Positions 10,301-18,713 of a DNA stretch of 43,903 nucleotides are shown here, one piece after another. The stretch spans positions 1-43,903 of the forward strand of contig JAYTEL010000054.1 in assembly GCA_043735225.1 (NCBI GenBank), read 5' to 3'. The position numbers and the translations under genes are program-made. Each line of letters starts with the position of its first letter. The first letter of the stretch is position 1. The notes under the pieces were generated by a model. It was not told the origin of the DNA and did no database searches. It saw only the letters and a program-made list of their open reading frames with translations. Source of the DNA: Methylotenera sp. (lineage in GTDB: Bacteria > Pseudomonadota > Gammaproteobacteria > Burkholderiales > Methylophilaceae).

Positions 10301-12862
10301 GTGTTTACCGATTCTGAGGAATCGTTAATCGATCAAGTAGAGCGCCGCGTGTCAGATAGGGCGACCGAGCGCACGTCTGACAGGTTAGAGCCGTTATTTG
10401 CAGTTGAACAATATCCGCTTAACAAACTGCCAGAACGGAACCTAATTTTTAATAACGGCTTAGGTGGATTTACAACAGATGGCCGTGAGTACGTGATTAC
10501 GCTTAAAAACGGCCTGCCTATTTTAGCCGCTACTGCCTCTGCCTCTGCCTCATCATTGGCCATGACGCCAATGCCATGGTCTAACGTGATTGCCAGCCCC
10601 TATATTGGCACGGTTATATCAGAGGCGGGCGGTGCTTATACTTGGGTAGAAAACGCGCATGAATTTAGATTAAGCACTTGGCATAACGATCCAATAACCG
10701 ATACCAGCGGCGAAGCACATTACATTCGCGATGATGAAACAGGCGCATTTTGGTCGCCCACCGCGCTGCCTAACTGTGCATTATCACAAGAAAATAGCGT
10801 GTACGTGTGCCGCCATGGCTTTGGTTATAGCGTTTTTGAGCATGAAGAGTTTGGTATAAGTTCTGAATTAACGACTTATGTAGCCATGGACGCGCCTGTT
10901 AAGTTTGTGGTGATTAAGCTAAAAAATGTTTCTAATCGCACTAGAAGGCTTTCTGTCATGGGCTATTGCGAGTTGGTGATGGGCGAGTGGCGCCACGCCA
11001 ATATGATGCAAATTGTGACAGAGCATGATGCATTGACTGGTGCAATGCTGGCTAAAAATGCCTATGGCCGCGAATGCGCTAACCGTATTATTTTTGCGCA
11101 CGTGAGTGAAAAAGACAACAGCTTTACCGGAAACCGTACTGAGTTTATTGGTAGAAACAGCTCGCTAGCAAGCCCTGCCGCCATGCGCCGCAGGCGTTTA
11201 TCTGGCAAAGTAGGTGCAGGGCTAGATCCTGCTATTGGCTTGCAAACGCAAATTAGCTTGTTAGAAAATGAAGAGAGAGAGTTGGTTTTTATATTAGGCG
11301 CTGCGAAAAGTAGTGATGAAATACAAGGTTACGTTCAGCAAATGGGCGGTGTGGCAGGCGCAAGGCAAGTGTTGGATGGCGTGCATGAATATTGGAATCA
11401 CACGCTGGGCGCTGTACAAGTAGAAACGCCAGATGTTGCTTTAAATGTGCTTGCAAACGGCTGGTTGCTTTACCAAACCATATCGTGCCGATTGTGGGGA
11501 CGCAGCGGCTATTACCAATCGGGCGGGGCGTATGGATTTCGCGATCAACTGCAAGACACCATGGCGCTTATTCACGCTGCGCCGTGGTTAGCTCGAGAGC
11601 AAATTATTCGCTGCGCCGAGCGTCAATTTCCGCAAGGTGATGTGCAACATTGGTGGCATCCGCCCAATGGGCAGGGCGTGCGCACGCATTTTTCTGACGA
11701 TTATTTATGGCTGGCTTATGCAACTTGCCGTTATGTAACAACAACTGGCGATTTGGCCATTTTAGACGAGCAAATACACTTTTTAGAAGGCCGCGCCTTA
11801 AACGCGGCAGAAGAAGCCTATTACGATTTGCCGCTACGCTCAAACGAATCTGCAAGCTTGTATGACCACTGCGCGCGCGCGATTAAAAACGGGTTACGAT
11901 TTGGTGCGCATCAATTGCCGTTAATGGGTTGCGGTGATTGGAATGATGGCATGAATTTAGTGGGTAAAGACGGCAAAGGCGAAAGCGTTTGGTTGGCATG
12001 GTTTTTACTAGATAATTTAAACAGTTTTATTAAAATCGCCAATATGAAGGGTGATTTAGGCTTTGCTGGAATTTGTGCTGCCCAAGCTGCTTTATTAAAA
12101 GGCGCGATTGAAACTAACGCGTGGGATGGACAATGGTATAAAAGGGCGTACTTTGACGACGGGTCGCCATTGGGCTCGAGTCAAAATGAAGAATGCCAAA
12201 TTGACTCGATTAGTCAAAGCTGGGCGGTCATTTCAAAAAGTGGGGATGCTGACCGCGCTAGCCAAGCCATGGCATCAGTCAACAATCGTTTAGTTAATCG
12301 TGATGCACAATTTATAAAATTGTTAGACCCGCCATTTAATCATGCTAATTTAGAACCTGGCTACATTAAAGGCTATGTGCCGGGCGTGCGCGAAAATGGC
12401 GGCCAATATACCCACGCCGCCATTTGGGCGACCATGGCATTTGCTATGCAAGGCCAAAAAGAGTTGGCGTGGGAGCTTTTTGGTATGCTAAACCCTATTA
12501 ATCACACAACCACGCCCCAGCAATTAGATACTTATAAAGTTGAGCCGTATGTAATGAGCGCCGATATTTACGCAGCAGCGCCGCACACCGGCCGCGGTGG
12601 CTGGTCTTGGTACACCGGGGCTTCTGGTTGGATGTATCGGTTAACGCTAGAAACTTTGCTGGGCATAACATTAGAGGGCAACCAACTACGCATTGCACCT
12701 TGTGTGCCAGATCACTGGCAAAGTTTTAAAATTCATTATCGGTATCGCGATACGGTTTATCACATCACAATTAATTGTGATAAAAAACAAACCGCTCAGG
12801 CGAACAATTTAATTCAACTTGAAAATGATGGCACAGAACATTTTGTTGAAATTTCGATTTAG
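4385..12862 (+). CDS. ndvB: Cyclic beta-1,2-glucan synthase (Cgs/NdvB/ChvB type; GT84 + glucoamylase-like middle domain + GH94 phosphorylase)
   Basis: About 2825 aa. GT motifs GYERKRGK, LDTDT, SHDLLE and RRHRWVRGDWQ; transmembrane segments; SWSGSMFEYLMP and WGISES; GH94 motifs YQSGGAYGFRDQLQD, DWNDGMN, RENGGQYTH and WYTGASGW. ATG 4385 follows GAAGG. Confidence 0.93.
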   Translation: MIDINLAPLQQLLHIFRPPAAKELDSSLLRAELLSIEQLKSHAVKLAKRHQIDTSIRPDKLLARLADNERVIKSAYQLITTSSLINRETNHKISPAENWLLDNYYLIEQQFTLARRHLPRGYSRQLPKIVDGANDGYPRIYDLALTLISHMDGRIDNDNASQFIVAYQSVEPLMLGELWAFPIMLQLALLENLRRISVRIANRREEQETAIIWADRMLVATENEPKQLIQLLAKFANADISLTAPFVEEFYARLQDQGASMAFVQTWVEQQLLLQNITATRLLELASRTAAANQISIANSVGSLRVIAAIDWRNFVEDFSAVEQILKLDPAAEYELQDFATRDQYRHAIEDIACLSSPKMFKQKAEPSDNHCAQYEIKAAQIAIDCAKAASNQLGKQHYQAHVGYYLIDEGVYAIKTQLNCHDNMLCKFKRLCKPLRLALYASEIVVIASLFTVDVLLLLKPLTLGYWFNWIFGLLTFFASLGLAISVVNLIVTQTFRPRRLARLDFSKGIPEAHRTMVVVPTLIGSVAEIDNLLESLEIRYLGNQDRNLFFALLTDFRDAQSRTMLDDAALIAHARAGIAALNTTYQLDRPCIFYLFHRQREWNEIDQIWMGYERKRGKLEQFNTLLRDGDMDSVNRNAFSDIVGDQTLLDTFKYLITLDTDTQLPRDSAKALIGNMAHCINRPIFDADIGRVTRGYAILQPRTSIGLVSAAQTVFTQLFAGDSGIDPYTREVSDVYQDVFAEGSFIGKGIYDIDAFRLAVDGRFPVNLILSHDLLESGYARSALVSDVDLIEEFPASYAADISRRHRWVRGDWQLLGWLFPRVRSAAGKLPNPLSALTKWKILDNLRRSLVPIVLTTLLIASWIVNNHKNDSSAINVAWLTLMTVLLILFLTPILNLLINLAKKSKESTWLTHVKLASQASLNAFLLAILQLVFLPFEAAVNIDAIMQSAGRMLFTKRGLLQWHSPNYAKRNARKTLTDFFAEMWIAPAIVFILIVFLVTMQLLGSQSKAGWMSVWIMCIPILFLWLVSPIVAWFISKPIVSKQAVLTANQIAFLHDKAKLTWDYFAQFVRTDDNWLPPDNVQMVPTTTIASRTSPTNMGLGLLANLAAYDFGYITKIELLNLTENTVASMEKLARYNGHFFNWYDTKTLQTLNPQYISSVDSGNLLGCLITLQAGLVEVKDAFNAPLIDSLTTRIGKLAEMDFKFLYDEKTDLLSIGFDLGERRLDPSCYDLLASEARLASFILIANGQLPQKHWFTLGRLLTKTGGETSLISWSGSMFEYLMPQLLMPSFDNTLLAQTNKAIVKQQINYGQQNSVPWGISESCYNVTDIAQVYQYRAFGVPGLGFKRGLSDDLVIAPYATALALLVLPNEACNNLQVLADYGFVGQYGFYEAIDYTQNRLPRGKKQVVVQSFMAHHQGMSLLAFADVLLDKPMQRRFMAAPYIKATELLLQERVPKLGGTLQPNVAESLDNKANDDDTVGLMRVFTSHNTPIPEVHLLSNGRYHVMVTNAGGGYSHWHDINVTRWREDATQDNWGSFIYLRDMESQRLWSAAHQPTLRQADHYEAVFTQARAEYRRRDQLIETHTEISVSPEDDVEVRRVTLTNLSNKVRYIEITSYAEVVLAPQNTDLAHRAFSNLFVQTEILPDKNAIICTRRPRTKGERVPWMFHLIAAPSIDSEAPSFETDRAKFIGRGRTAANPQVFDTIETNLKAGGSLLGQNSLLGQGSLLNQVSSQISDQLFGKQAIKSKNQPLSNTQGSVLDPIAAIRRSLTLATDRATSIQIITGVANSREAVIALIDKYNDKHFVERAFDMAWFQSQEVLRMLNANESEAQVFGRLASSVIYCNALRRAAPSVIARNNQGQSGLWRFGISGDLPIVLIRIADVGRISLVKQLLQAHTYWRMNGLIVDLVIINEDFSGYRAALHDSIVSLINAGPEAQTLDKPGGVFIRRTDELSEEARVLFQAVARIVFTDSEESLIDQVERRVSDRATERTSDRLEPLFAVEQYPLNKLPERNLIFNNGLGGFTTDGREYVITLKNGLPILAATASASASSLAMTPMPWSNVIASPYIGTVISEAGGAYTWVENAHEFRLSTWHNDPITDTSGEAHYIRDDETGAFWSPTALPNCALSQENSVYVCRHGFGYSVFEHEEFGISSELTTYVAMDAPVKFVVIKLKNVSNRTRRLSVMGYCELVMGEWRHANMMQIVTEHDALTGAMLAKNAYGRECANRIIFAHVSEKDNSFTGNRTEFIGRNSSLASPAAMRRRRLSGKVGAGLDPAIGLQTQISLLENEERELVFILGAAKSSDEIQGYVQQMGGVAGARQVLDGVHEYWNHTLGAVQVETPDVALNVLANGWLLYQTISCRLWGRSGYYQSGGAYGFRDQLQDTMALIHAAPWLAREQIIRCAERQFPQGDVQHWWHPPNGQGVRTHFSDDYLWLAYATCRYVTTTGDLAILDEQIHFLEGRALNAAEEAYYDLPLRSNESASLYDHCARAIKNGLRFGAHQLPLMGCGDWNDGMNLVGKDGKGESVWLAWFLLDNLNSFIKIANMKGDLGFAGICAAQAALLKGAIETNAWDGQWYKRAYFDDGSPLGSSQNEECQIDSISQSWAVISKSGDADRASQAMASVNNRLVNRDAQFIKLLDPPFNHANLEPGYIKGYVPGVRENGGQYTHAAIWATMAFAMQGQKELAWELFGMLNPINHTTTPQQLDTYKVEPYVMSADIYAAAPHTGRGGWSWYTGASGWMYRLTLETLLGITLEGNQLRIAPCVPDHWQSFKIHYRYRDTVYHITINCDKKQTAQANNLIQLENDGTEHFVEISI
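9533..9586 (+). repeat. 3 x 18-bp degenerate in-frame tandem repeat (GSLLGQ/NSLLGQ/GSLLNQ) inside the glucan synthase
   Basis: ggtagtttactaggtcaa / aatagtttattggggcaa / ggtagtttattaaatcaa. Confidence 0.85.
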
Positions 12863-12869
12863 GTTACGT

Positions 12870-13586
12870 TTAAAACGGTAAAAATGCTGCCGTCGCAAGG
12901 CTTTGCATTACGCGCGAAATCAGCCGCTGTGATTTTTCTGCCAGCGCAATAGCGTACAAATCGGTACGGCCGATCATTTTGCCAAATTCGCGCTCAAAAC
13001 TTAAGTTACGATCTTTATCGCTAATTTCATTTGTCAGCAGATATAATTTGCCGCTTGCATCGCGTGCGTTTGATAGCTTCCACGCAGCAATTTCGATATT
13101 GCGCGCCACATTATAAATATGTTGTGGTTCAATTTTATCGGTTAAGTAGAAGTCGGTTTTACCGCCGTGCGCCTTTGCCAGCATGGTTTGCAGGCCAACA
13201 ATAAACGCTAATACACGGTCGTTTTGATAGTTAGCATCAAAGCTTAAAAAAATTGCGTCGGTGCCTTGTTTATTGCCAATTTCTTTAAATTGCCATTGGT
13301 GTTGCAACGCACTTTCAAACACCCATTCGGTCATTTTTTGGGCATCATCGCTAGTACTTTTGGCTAATTCGTGCGGATTGCGCTTGTATAGTTTTAGCAT
13401 TAAATTGCTTAAACTTTGTGTATTCTCGGCCAGCTCAACATCGGCCATGCGGTCAAAATCAGTCTTTGCGAGTTGGTTAGCGGCGCTTCTGTCGCCGCGC
13501 TGCGGAATTGACTTGCCAGCTATTGGCGCATGACTAGCGCACGCCGATAGTAGGCTACAAATCACAAACAACAAAAATAGCTTCAT
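12870..13586 (-). CDS. Conserved hypothetical lipoprotein
   Basis: Signal peptide with lipobox LLSAC; its ATG directly abuts the phoR stop codon; 238 aa. Confidence 0.8.
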   Translation of the reverse strand: MKLFLLFVICSLLSACASHAPIAGKSIPQRGDRSAANQLAKTDFDRMADVELAENTQSLSNLMLKLYKRNPHELAKSTSDDAQKMTEWVFESALQHQWQFKEIGNKQGTDAIFLSFDANYQNDRVLAFIVGLQTMLAKAHGGKTDFYLTDKIEPQHIYNVARNIEIAAWKLSNARDASGKLYLLTNEISDKDRNLSFEREFGKMIGRTDLYAIALAEKSQRLISRVMQSLATAAFLPF

Positions 13587-14924
13587 TTAATTAAGCACTT
13601 GTTGCTGGGCAATTCTGGCCTTGGGAAACACCACGCTAAAAGTGCTACCTTTGCCAATTTCGCTAATAATTTCAAGTTTAGCTTGGTGGCGGATTAAAAT
13701 GTGTTTAACGATAGAAAGCCCTAAACCTGTGCCACCTGTTTCGCGGCTACGGCCACGATCGACGCGGTAAAAGCGCTCGGTGAGCCTGTCAATATGTTGT
13801 TGCAAAATGCCAATGCCAGTGTCGCGTACAGTAAAAACAGGTTGCTCATTCACCAATTGCCAAGTAATAAATATCTCGCCGCGCCGGTCTTTAGTTGGCG
13901 GCGGTGTATAGCGAATGGCGTTGCTAACTAAATTGCTAAACGCGCTGTGCAACTCATCTTGCCCACCAATTAAGTTTAAGGTGGCATCGGCCTCTAAGTG
14001 GACTTTATGCTTGGATTTTTTTAGGCCATGGCTTAAGCCCAAGGCATCATTTTTAATCGTACTGAGCAAGCTTGCCATATCTATTTCAACGTCATCGGGC
14101 GCTTCGTTATTGCTTTCTATGGTCGACAGCGCAAGCAAATCCTCAATAATGCGGCGCATACGCACAGTTTGCTCTAGCATCATGGCAAAATAGTTTTTAA
14201 GCGCGTCTGGCACCGCGCCTTCCATGTCGGTAAGTGTTTCTAAAAAACCGCCAACCACAGTTAATGGCGTGCGTAGCTCGTGCGACACATTGGCAATAAA
14301 ATCGCGGCGCATTGTATCTACTTTTTCTAATTGCGTCATGTCGCGGCAAATCAGCAATTTTTGTTTAGATTCAAATGGCATTAACCTTATTTCAAAAACC
14401 ACCTCAGGATTCTGCCAAGACTTAAGTTTAAAAGGCTCGCTATAATCCTTGCCATACAAATAGGCAATAAATTGACTATCGCGAATTAAGTTAACAATGG
14501 GCAAATTTTTATCGGTGTTTAAGTCTAAGCCGAGCTGTTTTTCGGCATGCGGCGTACACCATTCTATCTCGTTACTGGGGCTTAAAATCAATAAGCCGTC
14601 AGGCATGGTGTTGGCGGTCAGGTTAAAGCGCTCTACCGCAGCGCTAAGCTGGGCTTGGTTGGCAAGGTTATTGCGCTCATAACCAAGCAAATTGGCGAAT
14701 ACGACTTGCCATGCGCCAGAACCTTCTGGAATGCTTTTTAAATTGGGATTTTTAAACCAAGCATTTAATTGATGCAGCCAGGTAATATGGACGTATAAAT
14801 AAATTAATAAGCCAATAGCAAAAATGATTAATGCTATTTTTGCGCTAAAAATAAGCCATAAAAATAGACTTACAGCAGCTAATACGCAAACGAATAAAAC
14901 AGCTTTTAATCGAATATCAGGCAC
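13587..14924 (-). CDS. phoR: Phosphate regulon sensor histidine kinase PhoR
   Basis: N-terminal TM segments, PAS-like region, H-box RRDFIANVSHELRTPLTV, N-box NLVSNAIRYT, G-box RVDRGRSRETGGTGLGL; lies downstream of phoB. Confidence 0.95.
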   Translation of the reverse strand: MPDIRLKAVLFVCVLAAVSLFLWLIFSAKIALIIFAIGLLIYLYVHITWLHQLNAWFKNPNLKSIPEGSGAWQVVFANLLGYERNNLANQAQLSAAVERFNLTANTMPDGLLILSPSNEIEWCTPHAEKQLGLDLNTDKNLPIVNLIRDSQFIAYLYGKDYSEPFKLKSWQNPEVVFEIRLMPFESKQKLLICRDMTQLEKVDTMRRDFIANVSHELRTPLTVVGGFLETLTDMEGAVPDALKNYFAMMLEQTVRMRRIIEDLLALSTIESNNEAPDDVEIDMASLLSTIKNDALGLSHGLKKSKHKVHLEADATLNLIGGQDELHSAFSNLVSNAIRYTPPPTKDRRGEIFITWQLVNEQPVFTVRDTGIGILQQHIDRLTERFYRVDRGRSRETGGTGLGLSIVKHILIRHQAKLEIISEIGKGSTFSVVFPKARIAQQQVLN

Positions 14925-14971
14925 AAATTAAGCTTTGAATAAATTAAAGTTAATTATAAAGCTTTGGAGTG

Positions 14972-14999
14972 AAATATACCCACTTCAGTGGGTATATTT
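14972..14999 (-). terminator. Perfect hairpin between phoB and phoR (partial terminator or mRNA-stabilising stem)
   Basis: On the minus strand AAATATACCCAC-TGAA-GTGGGTATATTT: a 12-bp perfect stem ending in a weak U tract. Confidence 0.6.
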
Positions 15000-15061
15000 A
15001 CAGACAAGACTCTTGCGGTCTTTATAGCTAAATCCATGAAATTGCTAGCATAGTTCTAGTC

Positions 15062-15754
15062 TTAATCGTTTTTGGCAGATAGCCGATAACCAGAGCCGCG
15101 CACGGTTTGAATTAAATCTTGATGACTAGACACGGCAAGCGCATTGCGCAGCCTGCGAATATGCACGTCTACCGTTCTATCTTCAACAAACACACGGTCA
15201 CCCCACACTTTATCTAACAGTTGACTACGTGTATGTACGCGCTCGGCATTGCTCATAAAAAAATGTAATAGCCTAAATTCAGTTGGGCCTAAGTCAATAT
15301 TTATACTATTGCCTGTTACGCGGTGGGTAGTTGGGTCTAGCATTAAGCCGGCAATTTCGATGGGGTCATCGGTCATTTGCGGTGCACGCCTTCTCAGCAC
15401 GGCTTTAATGCGTGCATTTAACTCGCGCGGGCTAAATGGCTTGGTCACATAATCGTCTGCGCCCACTTCTAAGCCGCGCACTTTGTCGTATTCATCGCCG
15501 CGCGCGGTTAGCATGATAATGGGGATTGCTTTAGTTTGGCTGTCAGACTTTAAACGGCGCGCGTATTCAATACCGCTCATGCCAGGCAACATCCAATCAA
15601 GCAAAATTAAATCGGGCAATGTACTACGCAATAGCTCTTGCGCCACTTCTACACTAAGCGCGCGTATAGCATTGTGGCCAGCCTGCGTAATATTAAGCGC
15701 TAGCAACTCTTGAATAGCTGGTTCATCTTCTATCACTAAAATATTGGCAGGCAT
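15062..15754 (-). CDS. phoB: Phosphate regulon response regulator PhoB
   Basis: Receiver motifs LLDWMLPGMSG and GADDYVTKPFS; winged helix LGPTEFRLLHFFM and DRTVDVHIRRLR. Confidence 0.97.
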   Translation of the reverse strand: MPANILVIEDEPAIQELLALNITQAGHNAIRALSVEVAQELLRSTLPDLILLDWMLPGMSGIEYARRLKSDSQTKAIPIIMLTARGDEYDKVRGLEVGADDYVTKPFSPRELNARIKAVLRRRAPQMTDDPIEIAGLMLDPTTHRVTGNSINIDLGPTEFRLLHFFMSNAERVHTRSQLLDKVWGDRVFVEDRTVDVHIRRLRNALAVSSHQDLIQTVRGSGYRLSAKND

Positions 15755-15782
15755 TTTTATCTCGATTTAAGTGTTGGCGCTA

Positions 15783-15815
15783 TTTTGTGACTTTAATATG
15801 ACATATTGATGACAA
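15783..15815 (-). promoter_or_regulatory. Pho box (three half-sites at 11-bp period) upstream of phoB
   Basis: The minus strand reads ttGTCATcaatatGTCATattaaaGTCACaaaa; half-sites at 15809-13, 15798-802 and 15787-91, matching the CTGTCAT-A/T-rich direct-repeat consensus. Confidence 0.85.
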
Positions 15816-15942
15816 CATGCAAAGCACTTTTTATAGCAATAAATCAATGCACAATTGCCATTTTTGCCAATTTGTAAGACTATCTAGTTTGTTAGTAAAA
15901 TAATATATAACAGCTATTTTGGGCTAAATTTGAGGGAATCAC

Positions 15943-17625
15943 ATGGCTAGTTTTTTATCAAAAGAAAATATCACTGCAAACGGCAGTTTTAATCGTTGGC
16001 TGGTGCCGCCAGCCGCCTTAGCGATTCATTTATCAATTGGTATGGCGTATGGTTTTAGCGTATTTTGGAAACCGCTTGGCAACGCATTAATGGGCGCGGA
16101 TAACAAGCCAATAGCCGCCTGCGCGGCAGGCGCAACGACATTCGGTGAAAAGTTATCTGGCACCATGCGCGCCTTAACTGCCACCGATTGCAACTGGACG
16201 CAGTTTGATTTAGGTTGGATGTACACGCTATTTTTTGTGTTGCTAGGATGCTCGGCCGCACTGTTTGGCGGCTGGTTAGAGCGAGAAGGCCCGCGCAAAG
16301 CAGGCTTAGTTTCTATGTTATGTTGGTGCGGCGGCCTACTGATAACGGCTTACGGCGTTTATGCCCACCAATTATGGATGATGTGGCTGGGCAGCGGCGT
16401 GATTGGCGGAATTGGCTTGGGGCTTGGCTATATTTCACCTGTATCTACGCTCATAAAATGGTTTCCTGACAGGCGCGGCATGGCAACTGGCATGGCGATT
16501 ATGGGTTTTGGCGGCGGCGCGATGATTGGCTCGCCACTTGCAACAAAACTGATGGCGCATTTTGCAACGCCAGGCAATGTGGGTGTTTGGCAAACATTTG
16601 TGGTGCTAGCTGCCATTTATGCGATATTTATGTTGTGCGGCGCCTTGGGTTATCGCGTGCCGCCCATTGGCTGGAAACCGGCTAATTGGACCCCGCCACT
16701 ACGAAAAGAAAACGCCATGATTGCTGTTAAAAATGTGCATTTAAATAACGCGCACAAAACGCCGCAATTTTGGCTACTGTGGCTAGTGTTGTGTATGAAT
16801 GTATCGGCGGGCATTGGCATTATTGGCGCGGCGGCGCCCATGTTGCAAGAAACGTTTGGCGGCGCTTTAATTGGGCAACATGATGCTAGCGGGCGCAGTA
16901 TTGGCTTTGCCGAGATTAAAAAAGATGAAAGTTTAACAAAAGCGGCGGCGGCAGTGGGCGCCGGCTTTGTCGGCCTAATTTCGCTATTCAATATTTTTGG
17001 CCGATTTGCATGGGCAACGTCATCCGATAAACTTGGCCGCAAGCGCACTTACACTATTTTCTTTATGTTAGGCGCAGTAATGTATTGCGCGGCCAGCTAT
17101 GTAGCGGGCTTTAAATCGCTGGCCTTATTTGTAGCCTGTTTTGCGGTAATTGCATCGATGTATGGCGGCGGCTTTGCGACAATTCCTGCTTATTTGGCCG
17201 ATTTATTTGGTACGCAATTTGTCGGCGCGATTCATGGCAGGCTGCTTACCGCATGGTCAACCGCGGGCATTTTGGGGCCGGTGGTAGTCAATTATATGCA
17301 TGACACGCGCTTAGAAAAAGGCGCTGCGTTTGACCAAGTATATGCGCCCATATTTTTGGTGCTAGCGGGGCTGATGGTAGTGGGATTTTTTGCCAATATA
17401 TTGATAAAGCCTGTCGCAGACAAGTATTTTATGAGCGATGCAGAATTAGCAGAAGTGCACAAACTAGCGCATGAAAAATCGCTACAACATACAGGCAATG
17501 CTACAACACTAAACGCAGCGCCGCAAAGTGGCTTGTTGGTGATGCTTGCTTGGGCGGTAGTAATAGTGCCGATTAGTTATGGCATTTGGATGACGGTGCA
17601 AAAAGCTTGGGTGCTTTTTAGTTAG
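15943..17625 (+). CDS. OFA (oxalate/formate antiporter)-family MFS transporter
   Basis: Multiple TM segments; GLGYISPVSTLIKWFPDRRGMATGMAIMGFGGG and YGGGFATIPAYLADLFG; extra C-terminal TM helix; GAGGG RBS. Confidence 0.9.
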   Translation: MASFLSKENITANGSFNRWLVPPAALAIHLSIGMAYGFSVFWKPLGNALMGADNKPIAACAAGATTFGEKLSGTMRALTATDCNWTQFDLGWMYTLFFVLLGCSAALFGGWLEREGPRKAGLVSMLCWCGGLLITAYGVYAHQLWMMWLGSGVIGGIGLGLGYISPVSTLIKWFPDRRGMATGMAIMGFGGGAMIGSPLATKLMAHFATPGNVGVWQTFVVLAAIYAIFMLCGALGYRVPPIGWKPANWTPPLRKENAMIAVKNVHLNNAHKTPQFWLLWLVLCMNVSAGIGIIGAAAPMLQETFGGALIGQHDASGRSIGFAEIKKDESLTKAAAAVGAGFVGLISLFNIFGRFAWATSSDKLGRKRTYTIFFMLGAVMYCAASYVAGFKSLALFVACFAVIASMYGGGFATIPAYLADLFGTQFVGAIHGRLLTAWSTAGILGPVVVNYMHDTRLEKGAAFDQVYAPIFLVLAGLMVVGFFANILIKPVADKYFMSDAELAEVHKLAHEKSLQHTGNATTLNAAPQSGLLVMLAWAVVIVPISYGIWMTVQKAWVLFS

Positions 17626-17667
17626 TACTCAAATTGTGCGCTTGCATATGGTGTAAAATAGCGACTT

Positions 17668-17747
17668 TTGCAAGATAACAATTTGAAAGATAAGAGATTG
17701 AAAGTTAAGAAATTGAAAGATAAGAGATTGAAAGTTAAGAGATTGAA
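17668..17747 (+). repeat. 15-bp tandem repeat, 5 copies plus a partial copy, directly upstream of ribH
   Basis: ttgcaagataacaat / ttgaaagataagaga / ttgaaagttaagaaa / ttgaaagataagaga / ttgaaagttaagaga / ttgaa. Confidence 0.9.
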
Positions 17748-18197
17748 TTGAATAAAATTAATATTAATTTAGATGGCAAGGGTAAAAAAATTGGCGTGGT
17801 GCTATCGCGTTTTAACAGCAATATTGGTGATGGCTTATTAAAAGCCTGCTATGACGAGCTGATTAATTTGGGCGTAAGCATTGACGACATCCGCATCGCC
17901 ACCGTGCCAGGTGCGCTAGAAACGCCGCTTATTTTGCAGCATATGGCTTTAAGCGAGCGCTTTGATGCGCTAATTGCCTTGGGCGCGATTATTCGCGGCG
18001 AAACCTATCACTTTGAAGTGGTTGCAAATGAGTCTGCACGCGGCATTTCAGAAGTGCAATTAAACACAGGCGTGCCAGTTGCCAATGCAGTGTTAACAAC
18101 TGAAGATGATGCGCAAGCGCTGGCGCGCATGCAGGTAAAAGGCGCAGAAGCGGCGCAAGTGGCCGTTGAAATGGCTAATTTGGTGCGCGCGTTATGA
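17748..18197 (+). CDS. ribH: 6,7-dimethyl-8-ribityllumazine synthase
   Basis: [25 protein letters not shown] and KGAEAA motifs; overlaps nusB (ATGA); TTG start. Confidence 0.95.
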   Translation: MNKININLDGKGKKIGVVLSRFNSNIGDGLLKACYDELINLGVSIDDIRIATVPGALETPLILQHMALSERFDALIALGAIIRGETYHFEVVANESARGISEVQLNTGVPVANAVLTTEDDAQALARMQVKGAEAAQVAVEMANLVRAL

Positions 18198-18682
18198 TTG
18201 ATACTGGGCATGCCAAACCAATTATTGCGGTAGAAATTAAAGCGGTTAAAAAACCAAAAGTGAGCCAAAACCGCCGTAAATCGCGCGAACTAGTGCTTAA
18301 AGCTGTGTACCGCTGCATGTTAAATACGGGTGAAATAAAGCAGATTATTTTGGATGCAAAAGAAGACCCCGAATTTATAAAAGCCGATGAAGCTTATTTT
18401 AGGCAATTGCTAGACGGCGTAACTAGTAAAGTGGGCGATTTAGACGCGCAAATTGCTATTTTTATCGATAGAAAAATTACTCAATTAAGCCCAATAGAAC
18501 ATGCAATATTGCGTATTTCTGCATTTGAATTGATGTTTGATGCCAGCATTCCGTATCGAGTAGTGATTAATGAAGGTGTAGAACTGGCCAAGATATATGG
18601 CGGCGTTGATGGGCATAAATACATTAATGGTGTATTGGATAAAATTGCAGCGCAAGTACGTGCGCAAGAATTTAAAAAGTAA
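18194..18682 (+). CDS. nusB: Transcription antitermination factor NusB
   Basis: RRKSRE arginine motif, [14 protein letters not shown] and KYINGVLD; ribH-nusB synteny. Confidence 0.96.
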   Translation: MIDTGHAKPIIAVEIKAVKKPKVSQNRRKSRELVLKAVYRCMLNTGEIKQIILDAKEDPEFIKADEAYFRQLLDGVTSKVGDLDAQIAIFIDRKITQLSPIEHAILRISAFELMFDASIPYRVVINEGVELAKIYGGVDGHKYINGVLDKIAAQVRAQEFKK

Positions 18683-18713
18683 GTACATTAATGCTGGCGT
18701 GGATTAAACAACA

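Noticed and set aside
17668-17747. Repeat array as a possible CRISPR
   Set aside because: The 15-bp units are contiguous, there are no unique spacers, and no cas genes are present.
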